Counted from the first letter of the stretch, positions 53,091 to 63,580 are shown. The stretch is DNA of 64,000 bases from a bacterium (GCA_963662285.2 CAXXMV010000008.1:832001-896000), one strand, 5' to 3'. A program made the numbers and translations. Notes: generated from the letters alone by a model not told the origin.

Positions 53091-53163
53091 TTTGATGAAT
53101 TTTTATAACCAAACCTTACAGTAATTATGTTATAATGAAAAAACACTTAATTTCTGGAGAGAT

Positions 53164-53964
53164 ATGACCATGAAAACTCAAAACCGCCGCTCTTTTCTTC
53201 AAATAGTTGGTTCTGGTATGCTTTGTTCGTCCATGCTGTCAAGCAGCCAATTATGCTCCGCTGAAGCAAGCGAATTCCCCGCCCTGCTTGCCGGATTCAG
53301 CTGGATTGAACACGCCGCATTTCGCATTGAAGTTAACGGCAAAGTGATTTACTTTGATCCATACAAAATCACTGCCAGCAAAGCAGAGGCGGACTTTATT
53401 TTCATCTCCCACGAACATGGCGACCATTGCAGCCTTACCGATGTCCGCAAAATTATTAAGGATTCATCCAAAATAATCACTGAACCGGATTCGGCCAAAA
53501 AACTGAACACCTACGCCTCTCAAACCACAACCATGGCGCCCGGCGATAAACTGGAACTGGATGGATTCAAAATAGAAGCCGTCCGTTCTTATAACATTAA
53601 TAAAACCAATCACCCGAAATCAAAGAATTGGCTTGGTTTCATTGTCACATTGCCCGATGGCCGAACCGTCTACCATGCAGGCGATACGGACGTCATTCCC
53701 GAAATGAAAACCATCAAGACCGATATAGCCATGCTGCCCTGCGGTGGAAAGTACACCATGAATGCAGACGAAGCCGCTCAAGCCGCGCGGGATATCGCCC
53801 CGAAAATTGTTATCCCCATGCATTATGGAACTGTTGTTGGTACTAAAGCAGACGCTGATAAACTTGCCGCATCTCTCAAAAACGAGATTGAAGTGTTTGT
53901 CTTCGAAAAAGGGCAAAGCATTCCGCCTTTGAAAGTTGGGGCGAATAATTGGGAGAAGTTGTGA
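53164..53964 (+). CDS. MBL-fold metallo-hydrolase with Tat signal
   Basis: NRRSFLQ; SHEHGDH, YHAGDT and IPMHY motifs. Confidence 0.88.
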   Translation: MTMKTQNRRSFLQIVGSGMLCSSMLSSSQLCSAEASEFPALLAGFSWIEHAAFRIEVNGKVIYFDPYKITASKAEADFIFISHEHGDHCSLTDVRKIIKDSSKIITEPDSAKKLNTYASQTTTMAPGDKLELDGFKIEAVRSYNINKTNHPKSKNWLGFIVTLPDGRTVYHAGDTDVIPEMKTIKTDIAMLPCGGKYTMNADEAAQAARDIAPKIVIPMHYGTVVGTKADADKLAASLKNEIEVFVFEKGQSIPPLKVGANNWEKL

Positions 53965-54012
53965 GGGGGTTGGGGATAAGAAGTTTTGGTTTGATTGGAC
54001 GGTTTACGCCTT

Positions 54013-54420
54013 ATCCGATGGGACACGCTGGCGCTTTGTCTCATCCTACGCGTTACGAAAATCGGGCAACCACAAGGGATTGCCCCTACGGCTGGGCGCC
54101 AAGGGCAAGACCGCAATGCGGTCAGCCCTTGATGCGATAACCTACGATTCCACCAAGTTCCCCTGTCCCCAGAGCCGGGTGCCAAAGGCAGTGTTCTTTC
54201 TGCCCTTGATTAAGTCCACCATTACACCAAAACGACTCAATTGGTTCAAAAAAATCCCCCTAATTAACACAAAATCCTTGAAGTATCTCGACGCACCTGA
54301 TATTCCGGGCTCCCACGAGAGCAATGTCATTAAGATAAGGAATTTCACCTTATCGTTGGTGGTTTGATCAAGGGCTGACCGCAATGCGGTCTTGCCCTTG
54401 GCACCCGCTTTGTCCCATCC
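54013..54420. repeat. REP mosaic (G, D, A, A) plus an orphan CAATGTCATTAAG MITE end
   Basis: The same modules as elsewhere; CAATGTCATTAAGATAAGG at about 54322. Confidence 0.85.
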
Positions 54421-54429
54421 TTCCTTTGG

Positions 54430-55518
54430 CTATTGCCCCCGGTAATCCAGGATGGCGCTTTCATTGAAGACGGCGTGCATTACTACGGTGCGGTCGTCGG
54501 TGGTGTAGACGATGTGGATTTTTCCGTCGCGCGATTGTATGGCGTAGGGATAGGCGAAGGTGTTGTCGCCGTCGCGAATGTTGCGTTTATACGGGTAGGT
54601 CTTGTCGTTGTCAGTTGAAATGGCCACGGTTAATGGCGTTCTTTCGTTCATGTTGTCGTTGTAGACCAGCAGAAGATGGCCGTTTTGCAGTTTGATGAAG
54701 CCTACGGCGGAGTTGGGGTTCTTGAACCGGGTGGGTTGGGCTTCGCTCCAGGTCCATCCACCGTCGTGCGATTCGGATCGCCATAAATAGCCATTATCGG
54801 TCGGTTCGAAATCTCCAGCCCGGCGTATGTAGCAGATCAGGTGATCGTCGGTGAGTTGGACAGGCTCGGCTTGAAGGTTGCCGATTGATGACTTGATGCG
54901 TCCCGTCTCTTTCCAGGTTTTATCCTTCGGGTTGTATCGCATAAAATACGAGCAGGTATCGGGGGCGCTGAATTCGGTATCGTGACCCGTTTCGTAATAG
55001 AGCGGCAGAAGGTATTCCCCGTTGTTGAGCACGATGGGCGCTCCCCGCGCCATGGTTCCTTCATCCATAGTTAGCATGAAAGAATCAGACCAGGTCCGGG
55101 CGCCATCCCGCGACACTTTTCCCTTGACGCGCGCGGTCGACCATGTATCGCCGTAGCGGTTGACGTAGAACAACCAAACCAGCCCATCCGGCGCCTGCCA
55201 TATCACGGGGTTGCCCTCGGAACGATCCGGGGTATCGGCAATGATCCGGGGCGCAGACCATCTCCTGGCGCCCTTTTTGAGACGGCAGGCGTATACGGCT
55301 GTATCAATGCCATACTCACCGGAGCCGCCGTAGTAAGCGATCATGAAATCACCGTTGTCGAGTTCGGTGATCGATGCTGGATGTTTGTAGGCGGCTTCGT
55401 ATTCCGGACCGGCTACCCGCGTGATCTGGATATCGCCGGATTGATCTTGTTGCAGGCTGGTCAACGCACAGCCGCTCAAACACATGACGCACAGTATGGC
55501 GATGCCGTAGATTCTCAT
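54430..55518 (-). CDS. Sialidase/BNR-repeat lipoprotein
   Basis: Lipobox LSGC; Asp-boxes SRDGARTW, SHDGGWTW and STDNDKTY; C-terminal AYP. Confidence 0.85.
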   Translation of the reverse strand: MRIYGIAILCVMCLSGCALTSLQQDQSGDIQITRVAGPEYEAAYKHPASITELDNGDFMIAYYGGSGEYGIDTAVYACRLKKGARRWSAPRIIADTPDRSEGNPVIWQAPDGLVWLFYVNRYGDTWSTARVKGKVSRDGARTWSDSFMLTMDEGTMARGAPIVLNNGEYLLPLYYETGHDTEFSAPDTCSYFMRYNPKDKTWKETGRIKSSIGNLQAEPVQLTDDHLICYIRRAGDFEPTDNGYLWRSESHDGGWTWSEAQPTRFKNPNSAVGFIKLQNGHLLLVYNDNMNERTPLTVAISTDNDKTYPYKRNIRDGDNTFAYPYAIQSRDGKIHIVYTTDDRTVVMHAVFNESAILDYRGQ

Positions 55519-55627
55519 AAGTAGACTCCCAGGGCGTCTATTGTTGTTCCAATATTGGAACTGGATTATTTGGTTATTATAAATTATTTAGAAGGGCAAA
55601 GGCAAGGCGAAGCCTTAAGTTATAGTT

Positions 55628-55832
55628 TCAAGGATTGGATGCATTGCGGTCTTGCCCTTGGCGCCCGCAAATTGAACTCTTCCGATGGGACACGCTGGCG
55701 CTTTGTCTCATCCTACGCGCCATATTTCCATTTTACGAAAATCGGGCAACCACAAGGGATTGCCCCTACGGCTATACAAATAAATACGGTGGACACAATC
55801 AAGGGCAGAAAATACACTGCCCTTGGCGCCCG
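55628..55832. repeat. REP mosaic (families A, G, D, A)
   Basis: The G+D block is nearly identical to about 54015-54092. Confidence 0.85.
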
Positions 55833-55835
55833 CGG

Positions 55836-55906
55836 GAATATTTCGCCCGGATAATCCGTTCGGAATCGGATTTATTCGAACCAATCCGGTCAGGAAGGGA
55901 TTGGCG
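55836..55906 (+). pseudogene. RAYT C-terminal fragment
   Basis: EYFARIIRSESDLFE, then after a frame change NPVRKGLA, matching the RAYT C-terminal pattern (F-D-R-I-I-R...Y-I-x-x-N-P-V-x-x-G-L). It ends in the same hairpin as 2735-2758. Confidence 0.6.
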
Positions 55907-55907
55907 C

Positions 55908-56005
55908 ACCGGCTAGAAGCCGATGCTCCCCTTTTTAATGCTCCCCTTTTTAATGTTTCCCTTTTTGATGTTTTCCTTTTTGATGTTTTCCTTTTTGATG
56001 CTCTC
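55908..56005. repeat. Family H hairpin followed by about 5 x 15-bp tandem units (ATGCTCCCCTTTTTA-like)
   Basis: Read directly. Confidence 0.85.
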
Positions 56006-56074
56006 TGGATATCTATAAGGATTACAGCTATGCCTTGCGCTGTTTATAATACGGCAAAGGAAAAAAGTAAAGTT

Positions 56075-56707
56075 ATGAGAATTATTGCCGGTAAGTATAA
56101 AAACAAGAAAATCGAATCACCTGAAGGAATAAAGACGCGTCCAATTCTGGTTCGGGTGCGTAAGTCGTTGTTTGATATTATTCAACCCTATATGGAGAAC
56201 GCCAGGCTGCTTGATCTATTCTCCGGCAGCGGGATTATGGCGCTGGAAGCGTTCAGCCGGGGCGCGGCATTTGTTATGAGCGTCGATTCTGACGCCCATG
56301 CGGCCAAGACCGCAGAGACCAATCATAAGAACGTTTGCCCTGATAAACCATACCGCCTGATACGCGGGGATGTGATACAAATGCTGCCGCGCCTGCCCTT
56401 TCAGGAAGAGCCTTTCGATATTATCGGCATCACTCCGCCTTATGGTCATGACCTCGCCAATCAGACGCTCCAAATTCTGGATCAGAATCCAAACTGGTTT
56501 AAGCCGGAAACGGTGATTTACGTCCAGAGTGGATATAAGGAAGATATTAAATTGGAGTGGCAAAACCTGGAACATGTCCGAACGCGGAAATATGGCAAGA
56601 CGGTTATGGATTTCTTCATGCCCTTTGAAAAAGAGGAATCAGCGCAAGATGCATCGGAAGAGCCTACTCCGGCGAATTCTTTAGAAACTCCAACACCTGA
56701 CGCATAG
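56075..56707 (+). CDS. rsmD: 16S rRNA m2G966 methyltransferase
   Basis: MRIIAGKYK, TRP..RVRKSLF, LDLFSGSG, EAFSRGA and PPY motifs. The upstream ORF extension is repeat-derived. Confidence 0.88.
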   Translation: MRIIAGKYKNKKIESPEGIKTRPILVRVRKSLFDIIQPYMENARLLDLFSGSGIMALEAFSRGAAFVMSVDSDAHAAKTAETNHKNVCPDKPYRLIRGDVIQMLPRLPFQEEPFDIIGITPPYGHDLANQTLQILDQNPNWFKPETVIYVQSGYKEDIKLEWQNLEHVRTRKYGKTVMDFFMPFEKEESAQDASEEPTPANSLETPTPDA

Positions 56708-57266
56708 CCTTGCCCCGGTGGCTGATGGCGTGTTTATCTTCAGCAGCCACTTGAGCCAGGGTTTTCTGGTAGGGGGGATAATAAAAGACCGGGTCGTACC
56801 CGAATCCTCCGTCGCCATGCTTTTCCAGAGTAATAATCCCCTCGACGGTTTGGCGGGTGGTGAACAAGACCTTACCGTCCCGCGCCAGTGCGGCGGCGCA
56901 GACGAAACGCGCCGTGCGCTTCTCATCGGGCACGCCGATTAACTCTTGCAGAACCTTTTGCAGATTCTCTTCGTCGGTTGAATCCTCGCCGTTGGCGTAG
57001 CGCGCTGAATAGACTCCCGGAGCGCCATTGAGCGCGTCCACTTCAAGACCGGAATCGTCGGCTATGGTTAAATGACCGGTATATTGTGAAACTTCGATAG
57101 CCTTTTTCTGCGAGTTTCCTAAAAAGGTCTCAGCGTCTTCGATCACCTCAGGGCAGTCAGGAAACTCACGCAGGGTTAGAATCCGCCATCCCAGGTTCTC
57201 AACCAGCTGTTGCATTTCCTTCTGCTTCTTCAAATTCCGCGTCGCCAGGACAATAGAGTTTTTCAT
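56664..57266 (-). CDS. rdgB: Non-canonical purine NTP pyrophosphatase (HAM1 family)
   Basis: LATRN..K, ADDSGLEVDAL.GAPGVYSARY, GFGYDPVF and ISHRG motifs; start at ATG 57266. Confidence 0.95.
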   Translation of the reverse strand: MKNSIVLATRNLKKQKEMQQLVENLGWRILTLREFPDCPEVIEDAETFLGNSQKKAIEVSQYTGHLTIADDSGLEVDALNGAPGVYSARYANGEDSTDEENLQKVLQELIGVPDEKRTARFVCAAALARDGKVLFTTRQTVEGIITLEKHGDGGFGYDPVFYYPPYQKTLAQVAAEDKHAISHRGKAMRQVLEFLKNSPE

Positions 57267-57330
57267 GTTTAAGATAACTTTTCCGAATGTCATTATGTTA
57301 AGGAAGTTCTGCCTATCTTTAGCGGCTTTA

Positions 57331-57898
57331 TCAAGGGTAGAAAGGACACTACCCTTGGCGCCCGCGCGCTCTTGCCCTTGGCGTTCGAGCATCCGCGCCT
57401 GTTTAATCATAAGTGGTTTTCAAGGGTAGAAAGAACACTACCCTTGGCGCCCGCGCGCTCTTGCCCTTGGCGTTCGAGCATCCGCGCCTGTTTAATCGTA
57501 GGTGGTTTTCAAGGGTAGAAAGGACACTACCCTTGGCACCCGCGCGCTCTTGCCCTTGGCGTTCGAGCATCCGCGCCTGTTTAATCATAAGTGGTTTTCA
57601 AGGGTAGAAAGGACACTACCCTTGGCACCCGCGCGCTCTTGCCCTTGGCGTTCGAGCATCTGCGCCTGTTTAATCATAAGTGGTTTTCAAGGGTAGAAAG
57701 GACACTACCCTTGGCACCCGCGCGCTCTTGCCCTTGGCGTTCGAGCATCCGCGCCTGTTTAATCGTAGGTGGTTTTCAAGGGTAGAAAGGACACTACCCT
57801 TGGCACCCGCGCGCTCTTGCCCTTGGCGTTCGAGCATCCGCGCCTGTTTAATCATAAGTGGTTTTCAAGGGTAGAAAGGACACTACCCTTGGCACCCG
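57331..57898. repeat. Tandem array of 89-bp units (6 full and 1 partial) built from family A hairpins
   Basis: Units start at 57331, 57420, 57509, 57598, 57687, 57776 and 57865; they are near-identical and have no unique spacers. Confidence 0.95.
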
Positions 57899-58340
57899 CT
57901 CTTGGCGCCCGCGTTCCGCGCCCTTGGCGCCCGCCGGGCTTATCGGGCGCCTATAAAAGGCAATGTCATTAACTTAAGAATTTCAGCCTATCGTTAGTGG
58001 CTTGATCAAGGGCTGAGCGCCGCGTGGTCTTGTCCTTGGCGCCCGCGCCTGTTTAATCGTAGGTGGTTTTCAAGGGTAGAAAGGACACTACCCTTGGCGC
58101 CCGCTCTTGGCGCCCGCGTTCCGCGCCCTTGGCGCCCGCCGGGCTTATCGGGCGCCTATAAAAGGCAATGTCATTACGTTAAGAATTTCAGCCTATCGTT
58201 AGTGGCTTGATCAAGGGCTGAGCGCATTGCGCTCTTGCCCTTGGCGCCCGCACCCGCCCTTGGCGTTCGCTGATTATTTCCATGATAGGGTGGTTGTTAT
58301 CAACCCTCTCCTAGCCTCTCCCAATCTTGGGAGAGGGATT
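57840..58340. repeat. Duplication with a period of about 205 bp (A and C hairpins plus CAATGTCATTA ends), then a family E hairpin
   Basis: About 57840-58044 recurs at about 58045-58250. Confidence 0.88.
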
Positions 58341-58390
58341 TGTATACACAGTTTTTTTGTATGACAAAAACGAAATAATATAACTAGTTA

Positions 58391-59011
58391 TTATGCAAAA
58401 GGCGCCCGGTTGCGGTTGCGTGAGCGGGGCGGCTGTAGGATTTCTGATAAGATAACCGCTGCTTTCAGAGGTTCCGTCTCGGCGCTTTTAACGATAGCAG
58501 ATATCGTCGAAGGTAATGACCGTTTCTGCTCAACCGGCTGCGACATAATTTTTGGTATACGTTTTTTTAGGTTTTTTGGAATTTCGGGCGGCTTTTTATC
58601 TTTCATCTTTTTAGGTTTAGGCGCTTTGGGTAGATCAATGATTTCCGGTTCAACTTCATTGATATCCAACATCTCACGCAGCATCCTGCTCCACATTGGT
58701 TCATCAGGTTTGGATTCAGGTTTTGGCGCCGATGGCGTATAGACGTCTTTCCGCATGGTGAAAGGAGCTTCTTTTTTAGGTTGTGATCTTGCCTCTGATT
58801 TGTCTTCATAAGCGTATTCACGCTTTTTTTCATATTCAAAAACCGGAGTTACTGGAGGATCATTATATGCAGGTTTTGAGGGCGCCGCAGGATTATAAGG
58901 CTCTTTTTTCTTCTGATTATTTTTATTTTCCCTCATTTTCTTCGACAGACCCTGCATGCCGGTCAACACCAGAAAAACCACCACTGCGAGGATTTCAAAT
59001 AAATTGTCCAT
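58391..59011 (-). CDS. Hypothetical membrane-anchored Pro/Lys-rich protein
   Basis: TM segment after MDNLFE; ends LKAAVILSEILQPP; upstream RBS GGGGAG supports ATG 59011. Confidence 0.7.
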   Translation of the reverse strand: MDNLFEILAVVVFLVLTGMQGLSKKMRENKNNQKKKEPYNPAAPSKPAYNDPPVTPVFEYEKKREYAYEDKSEARSQPKKEAPFTMRKDVYTPSAPKPESKPDEPMWSRMLREMLDINEVEPEIIDLPKAPKPKKMKDKKPPEIPKNLKKRIPKIMSQPVEQKRSLPSTISAIVKSAETEPLKAAVILSEILQPPRSRNRNRAPFA

Positions 59012-59310
59012 TGGATCTATTACTCCCCACCCTTTTTTTATGTTATGAGCTGGCAAAAAGTGAATGCATGACCAAACTTACTCAATATCCTGCATGAATC
59101 ACCCTTGAATATTGACAAATTATTGTAACTATAAAAACAGTTTTTGAATTATAACCGTTTCGTCTTTATATAATAGCACAATTCTAATTAGACGTCGCCT
59201 ATCTGTAAATATTCAAGCATATACTTTCCGTCATCTTGACCATCTATATATATCTCATACGATTGATCATATCTCTGAGTCACGTATTAAACATGAAAGG
59301 CTGATGTCGA

Positions 59311-60045
59311 TTGAGCGATCTATCTTTTCCCAGAAGTCTTGCCATCATTCCGGCGCGGGGCGGTTCTAAAGGTCTACCCCGTAAGAACGTACGTCCCCTG
59401 GGCGACATTCCGCTTATCGCTCATACCATTCGCGCTGCGGTACAGAGCTGCATCAAGCGGGTAATCGTCACGACTGATGATGACGAAATATCGGCTATCG
59501 CGCGGCAGTATGGCGCGGAGGTTCCCTTCAAGCGGCCTCCGCAATTTTCCGGCGATAAGGCCACCTCGTTATCCGTCTTGATCCATGCGGTGGAGCACAT
59601 GGAAGATGTCGAAGATATTACTGTCGAGCATGTGGTATATCTTCAGCCGACATCGCCTTTCCGTAATGCTCAGCATATTGATGACGCCGTAAAACGCTAC
59701 ATGGCGACTGGCACAACGTCATTGATTTCCGTTACCGACGTCAGCGAGTTTCATCCCTATTTCATGTTCACCAAGGATGACGAAGGGGTATTGGAACCGT
59801 TGCATAAGATTGATCCACGCCCTTTGCGGCGCCAGGACCTGCCGCCCATCTACCGCATTAACGGCGCCATTTATATCACCAAGCGGGATTATTTCCGCAA
59901 TATAGCGCCGGAAGCCGCCATATTCGATTGGAATTCGCTTGCTTCGCTGGTTATGGATACGCCCAGTTCGATAGATATCAATGATTACCTGGATTTCAAA
60001 CAGGCCGAATGGTTAATAGAACATCACGAGGGAGCGCAAAAATGA
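59311..60045 (+). CDS. neuA: Acylneuraminate (nonulosonate) cytidylyltransferase
   Basis: AIIPARGGSKGLPRKN, LQPTSPFR, RRQDLP..Y..NGAIY and SIDIND motifs. Confidence 0.92.
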   Translation: MSDLSFPRSLAIIPARGGSKGLPRKNVRPLGDIPLIAHTIRAAVQSCIKRVIVTTDDDEISAIARQYGAEVPFKRPPQFSGDKATSLSVLIHAVEHMEDVEDITVEHVVYLQPTSPFRNAQHIDDAVKRYMATGTTSLISVTDVSEFHPYFMFTKDDEGVLEPLHKIDPRPLRRQDLPPIYRINGAIYITKRDYFRNIAPEAAIFDWNSLASLVMDTPSSIDINDYLDFKQAEWLIEHHEGAQK

Positions 60046-61190
60046 AACGTATAGCCGTCATCACTGGAACCAGAGCTGAATATGGCATCCTCAAGCCGGT
60101 TATCGATAAGATAGATTTTGATCCGACCATGCAGTTGCAACTGGTGGTCACCGGATCGCATCTCTCGCCGGAGCATGGCTTGACGGTGAATGATATCATC
60201 AACGATGGAATTGTCATTGCATCGCGGGTCGATATGCTGCTAAGCGGCGACTCGGCGCCGGTTATGGGCAAAAGCCTGGGCATCGGCGTAACCGGATTGA
60301 CCACCGAACTGGAACGTCTGGCGCCGGAAATGGTCATTGTGCTGGGCGACCGCATCGAGGCTTTCGCCGGGGCTATCGCCGGGCTTTTCTGCGGCGCGTT
60401 GGTAGTGCATATCCACGGGGGCGAACTGACCCAGGGCGGCCTGGATGAATACATGCGGCACGCCATCACCAAACTGGCGCACCTTCATTTCACCGCCACC
60501 GAACAAGCCAAAAACCGCGTTATAAATCTGGGCGAGCATCCCGGTTTCGTCTTTTGCTCCGGATCGCCGGGATTGGATGACCTGCTGGATTTCCCTGCTC
60601 TTTCTGCTGAGGAAATGGAAGAGAAACTGGGTTTTTCTGTGGCTGAACCTTATGCGCTGGTGGTGCAGCATCCCGTATCCACTCACGCCGGTTCGGCGGC
60701 TGATGAGATGAGCCAGGTTCTTGAAGCGGTCAAGCAATGCGGCATCCCCGCCGTGCTGGCTTATCCCAACGCCGACGCCGGGCGCAACGCCATGATGGAT
60801 GTGATCCGAAGCTATGAATCCGAAGATTGGCTCAATACCTACATTAACCTGCCGCGCAAATACTACTGCAACCTGCTGCGCAACGCGGCTGTTATGGTGG
60901 GCAACAGCAGTTCCGGTCTGATCGACGCCGGGTCATTCGGCGTCCCGGTAGTTAATATCGGCCAGCGCCAGTTGGGACGCGAACGCGGCGCCAACGTGAT
61001 CGACGCGCCTATGGTTGAAGCTGCATCAATTCAAAAAATCATTCAGCAAGCCCTGTCAGATGAATTCAAAGAGACCGCCCGAAACGCCGTTAATCCCTAC
61101 GGCGATGGAGATGCATCAGGCAAGATTCATTGCATCCTGCAAACCATCGATGCAGACCTTGCGCGTAAATCTAAACGATTGCCTTGGTGA
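60042..61190 (+). CDS. neuC: UDP-GlcNAc 2-epimerase (hydrolysing)
   Basis: TGTRAEYG, LGDR.E, HIHGGE, RHAITKLAH, GNSSSG and NPYGDG motifs; ATGA overlap with neuA. Confidence 0.93.
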   Translation: MKRIAVITGTRAEYGILKPVIDKIDFDPTMQLQLVVTGSHLSPEHGLTVNDIINDGIVIASRVDMLLSGDSAPVMGKSLGIGVTGLTTELERLAPEMVIVLGDRIEAFAGAIAGLFCGALVVHIHGGELTQGGLDEYMRHAITKLAHLHFTATEQAKNRVINLGEHPGFVFCSGSPGLDDLLDFPALSAEEMEEKLGFSVAEPYALVVQHPVSTHAGSAADEMSQVLEAVKQCGIPAVLAYPNADAGRNAMMDVIRSYESEDWLNTYINLPRKYYCNLLRNAAVMVGNSSSGLIDAGSFGVPVVNIGQRQLGRERGANVIDAPMVEAASIQKIIQQALSDEFKETARNAVNPYGDGDASGKIHCILQTIDADLARKSKRLPW

Positions 61191-61462
61191 AGCAAAACTC
61201 ACGCAATTAAGTGGGTGGCAAGGGCAAGACCGCCTTGCGGTCAGCCCTTGATGCTATCACTTATGTTTATGTATACACATCAAGACACTCATACGATTAT
61301 AGTTCTTTTATAGTTATGATGATAAAATTCATTATTTATTGAAAATAGATTACCGAACTATATATCAAACAATTGCCGTGTTACATTAATTATTAGGCAA
61401 TGTGTGTCGTATGATTTTAGAACTATTTGAGTAATAACGAATAATTTGTATAGGGGGAATAA

Positions 61463-62734
61463 ATGAACTATTCAAAAATGAGTTTTATAAAGAATCGCGA
61501 TCTTTTAAAGGAAGATTGTAAAGTTGATGATTTATTGGATTTCTCTGAATATAAAGATAAATTGAATAGTAAATTGGAATCCATTAAGACATCTTCATTG
61601 CTAGGGTATGTCGGTGGTTTTGGAAAAGGTAAAAGCACTCTGATCTATCAAATAAAAAAGGAAAATGACAAACAGGCTAAATGGATAGATTTTGATGCTT
61701 GGAAATTTCCTGATAGAAAAGATTTATGGGAAGGATTTGTTTTGGAATTCGCCTCTCAAATTAACGATAAAAAGTTAAAAGAGACTGTTAGAAAAATTGA
61801 CGGAAAAAAAAATGATGATAAAGAAACTCTAATAAGTACGCTTGCGAGTATTCCAGGTCTTGCTTCTTTAAATAATTTAAACCACTTTTTAGACAAATCT
61901 CCTGCCAAAAGAGTATTTGAGATTCAAGCAATATTGACAGGGATTATTAATGAAATTGATCAAGACATATTTATTGTAGTGGAAGATATTGATAGATCGG
62001 GTGATGCCGGGATTTTCTTTTTAGAAACACTGAATCAATTTATCAAGAATTTGGATAGTGAAAAACGTGTTGTTGCGATTATACCAATATCTGATAAAAA
62101 ATTTGAATATAAAATTGATTCATATTTGAAATGTCTTGATTATATTGATTTTTTTGATCCTAAAGTTCCTAGTCTATATAAATTTGTTGAAGAAATATTT
62201 GATGACGGAGATCAATTTATTGGTAATGAGACATATAAATCTCAGATATCTTCTTTCTTTAATGGTCTATTTCGTGTATATCCAGACACGACAATGAGAC
62301 TTATAAAACTAATTCTGCGCAAATCAGAGATGAATTATATAAATATGCAAAATGATGGATATGAACCGGATTGGAGAACAACAATCGCATTTGAGACGTC
62401 AAAATATTTTAACAGAACAGATAGAGAAGATGCTTTAAATGAAAAGTGGTTTTACGATTTTAAAGAAAATAAGATTATTCGTAGTGGATCACTATTTACT
62501 GCATTTTTTGATATTTTAGAATGTGATAGTCATGGTTTTGAATATGAAGATATTGGAGATGATATTCATAAACAAGGTGAAATTGTGTTCCCGAAAAATG
62601 ATATTAGAATAGTACCAAATAAAGAATGTGGAGATAGCCCTAATTATCCGTATAGGGTAAGAAAGTATCGAACAAGTGAATCTGATTCAGAATATTCATT
62701 AATTGTGGTTCGTGACTATTATTTAGGTTATTAA
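61463..62734 (+). CDS. KAP-family P-loop NTPase, AT-rich
   Basis: Walker A GGFGKGKST, FDAWKF and Walker B IVVEDIDR; clearly more AT-rich than its neighbours. Confidence 0.85.
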   Translation: MNYSKMSFIKNRDLLKEDCKVDDLLDFSEYKDKLNSKLESIKTSSLLGYVGGFGKGKSTLIYQIKKENDKQAKWIDFDAWKFPDRKDLWEGFVLEFASQINDKKLKETVRKIDGKKNDDKETLISTLASIPGLASLNNLNHFLDKSPAKRVFEIQAILTGIINEIDQDIFIVVEDIDRSGDAGIFFLETLNQFIKNLDSEKRVVAIIPISDKKFEYKIDSYLKCLDYIDFFDPKVPSLYKFVEEIFDDGDQFIGNETYKSQISSFFNGLFRVYPDTTMRLIKLILRKSEMNYINMQNDGYEPDWRTTIAFETSKYFNRTDREDALNEKWFYDFKENKIIRSGSLFTAFFDILECDSHGFEYEDIGDDIHKQGEIVFPKNDIRIVPNKECGDSPNYPYRVRKYRTSESDSEYSLIVVRDYYLGY

Positions 62735-62850
62735 AAAGATTTAAACTTGCATTTATTGTATTTATGAATAAATGATGGATCAAACTACGTACGAGCACCT
62801 AAGCCAGTTTTATGACACACCGGATCAAGTTAAAACTCCCTAAAATAAAA

Positions 62851-63297
62851 CTATTTCGTATTAACCGTCTCAGAGTCTTCGACTGGGGTTTCTATCCATT
62901 GGCGGGGTTCCTGGAGTAGTTGTTGGGGGATGTCGGCGTCATCCGAGAGTCCCATGGATGACAGGGTGAAGATGGATTTGAGCAGTTCCTGTTCATTGCG
63001 TTGATCGATGGCTTTTTTGGCTCTTTCAATCTGGTCGCGTACTATCAGCCTACGGTTGGAATTTTTGCTTTCATGACCGATTTTCGTGACGTAGCGGCTT
63101 TCCAGTTGGACGATGAAGCGGTTCATATCTTTCCAGGATAATGAAACGCGTTTACGCCGTCCCAACGAACCTACGGAGCGGTCGAAATAATATAGTAGTG
63201 AGAAAAAAATAGCCAAGACCACCAATGGCCATAGCAGGTGCGATAGGATCACTCCATAAGCCTTGGTAAACTCAACAAGAAATTCCGGCGTACCCAT
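62851..63297 (-). CDS. Hypothetical membrane protein
   Basis: 148-aa ORF with one TM segment (LLWPLVVLAIFF). Confidence 0.6.
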   Translation of the reverse strand: MGTPEFLVEFTKAYGVILSHLLWPLVVLAIFFSLLYYFDRSVGSLGRRKRVSLSWKDMNRFIVQLESRYVTKIGHESKNSNRRLIVRDQIERAKKAIDQRNEQELLKSIFTLSSMGLSDDADIPQQLLQEPRQWIETPVEDSETVNTK

Positions 63298-63580
63298 CAG
63301 AGAATAATACCTGCTATCAAAGAAGATTATGATGAATCAATGTTCCGAGTCGCATCTTTAGTTTAAGTCTGTCAATTATAACATCTTATCAACAACAAGA
63401 GTAACGGTGATGTTATAATCCGTAAAGATGAATTACCGTTTATCTTACATATACTATTATTTCTAATTGATTATTTCAGTGTAACAGTTTATTCACATGA
63501 AATATCAATATAATAATTATGCTTTATACAAAGCATTTATTTCCAAATTCTCCCCCCCAAGTTTGGGGGAAGTTAGATGC

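Noticed and set aside
55823-56074. N-terminal extension of RsmD
   Set aside because: It consists of the RAYT remnant, a hairpin and 15-bp tandem repeats; the family N-terminus MRIIAG starts at 56075.
57331-57898. CRISPR array
   Set aside because: The units are near-identical over their full 89 bp, with no unique spacers and no cas genes. The sequence belongs to the dispersed family A repeats.
57403-57972. Family of repeated 61-67 aa ORFs (similar cases at 11715-12051, 31460-32054, 34233-34461 and 53823-54384)
   Set aside because: These are translations of repeat DNA (RSCPWRP, GAKGK) with no independent coding evidence.
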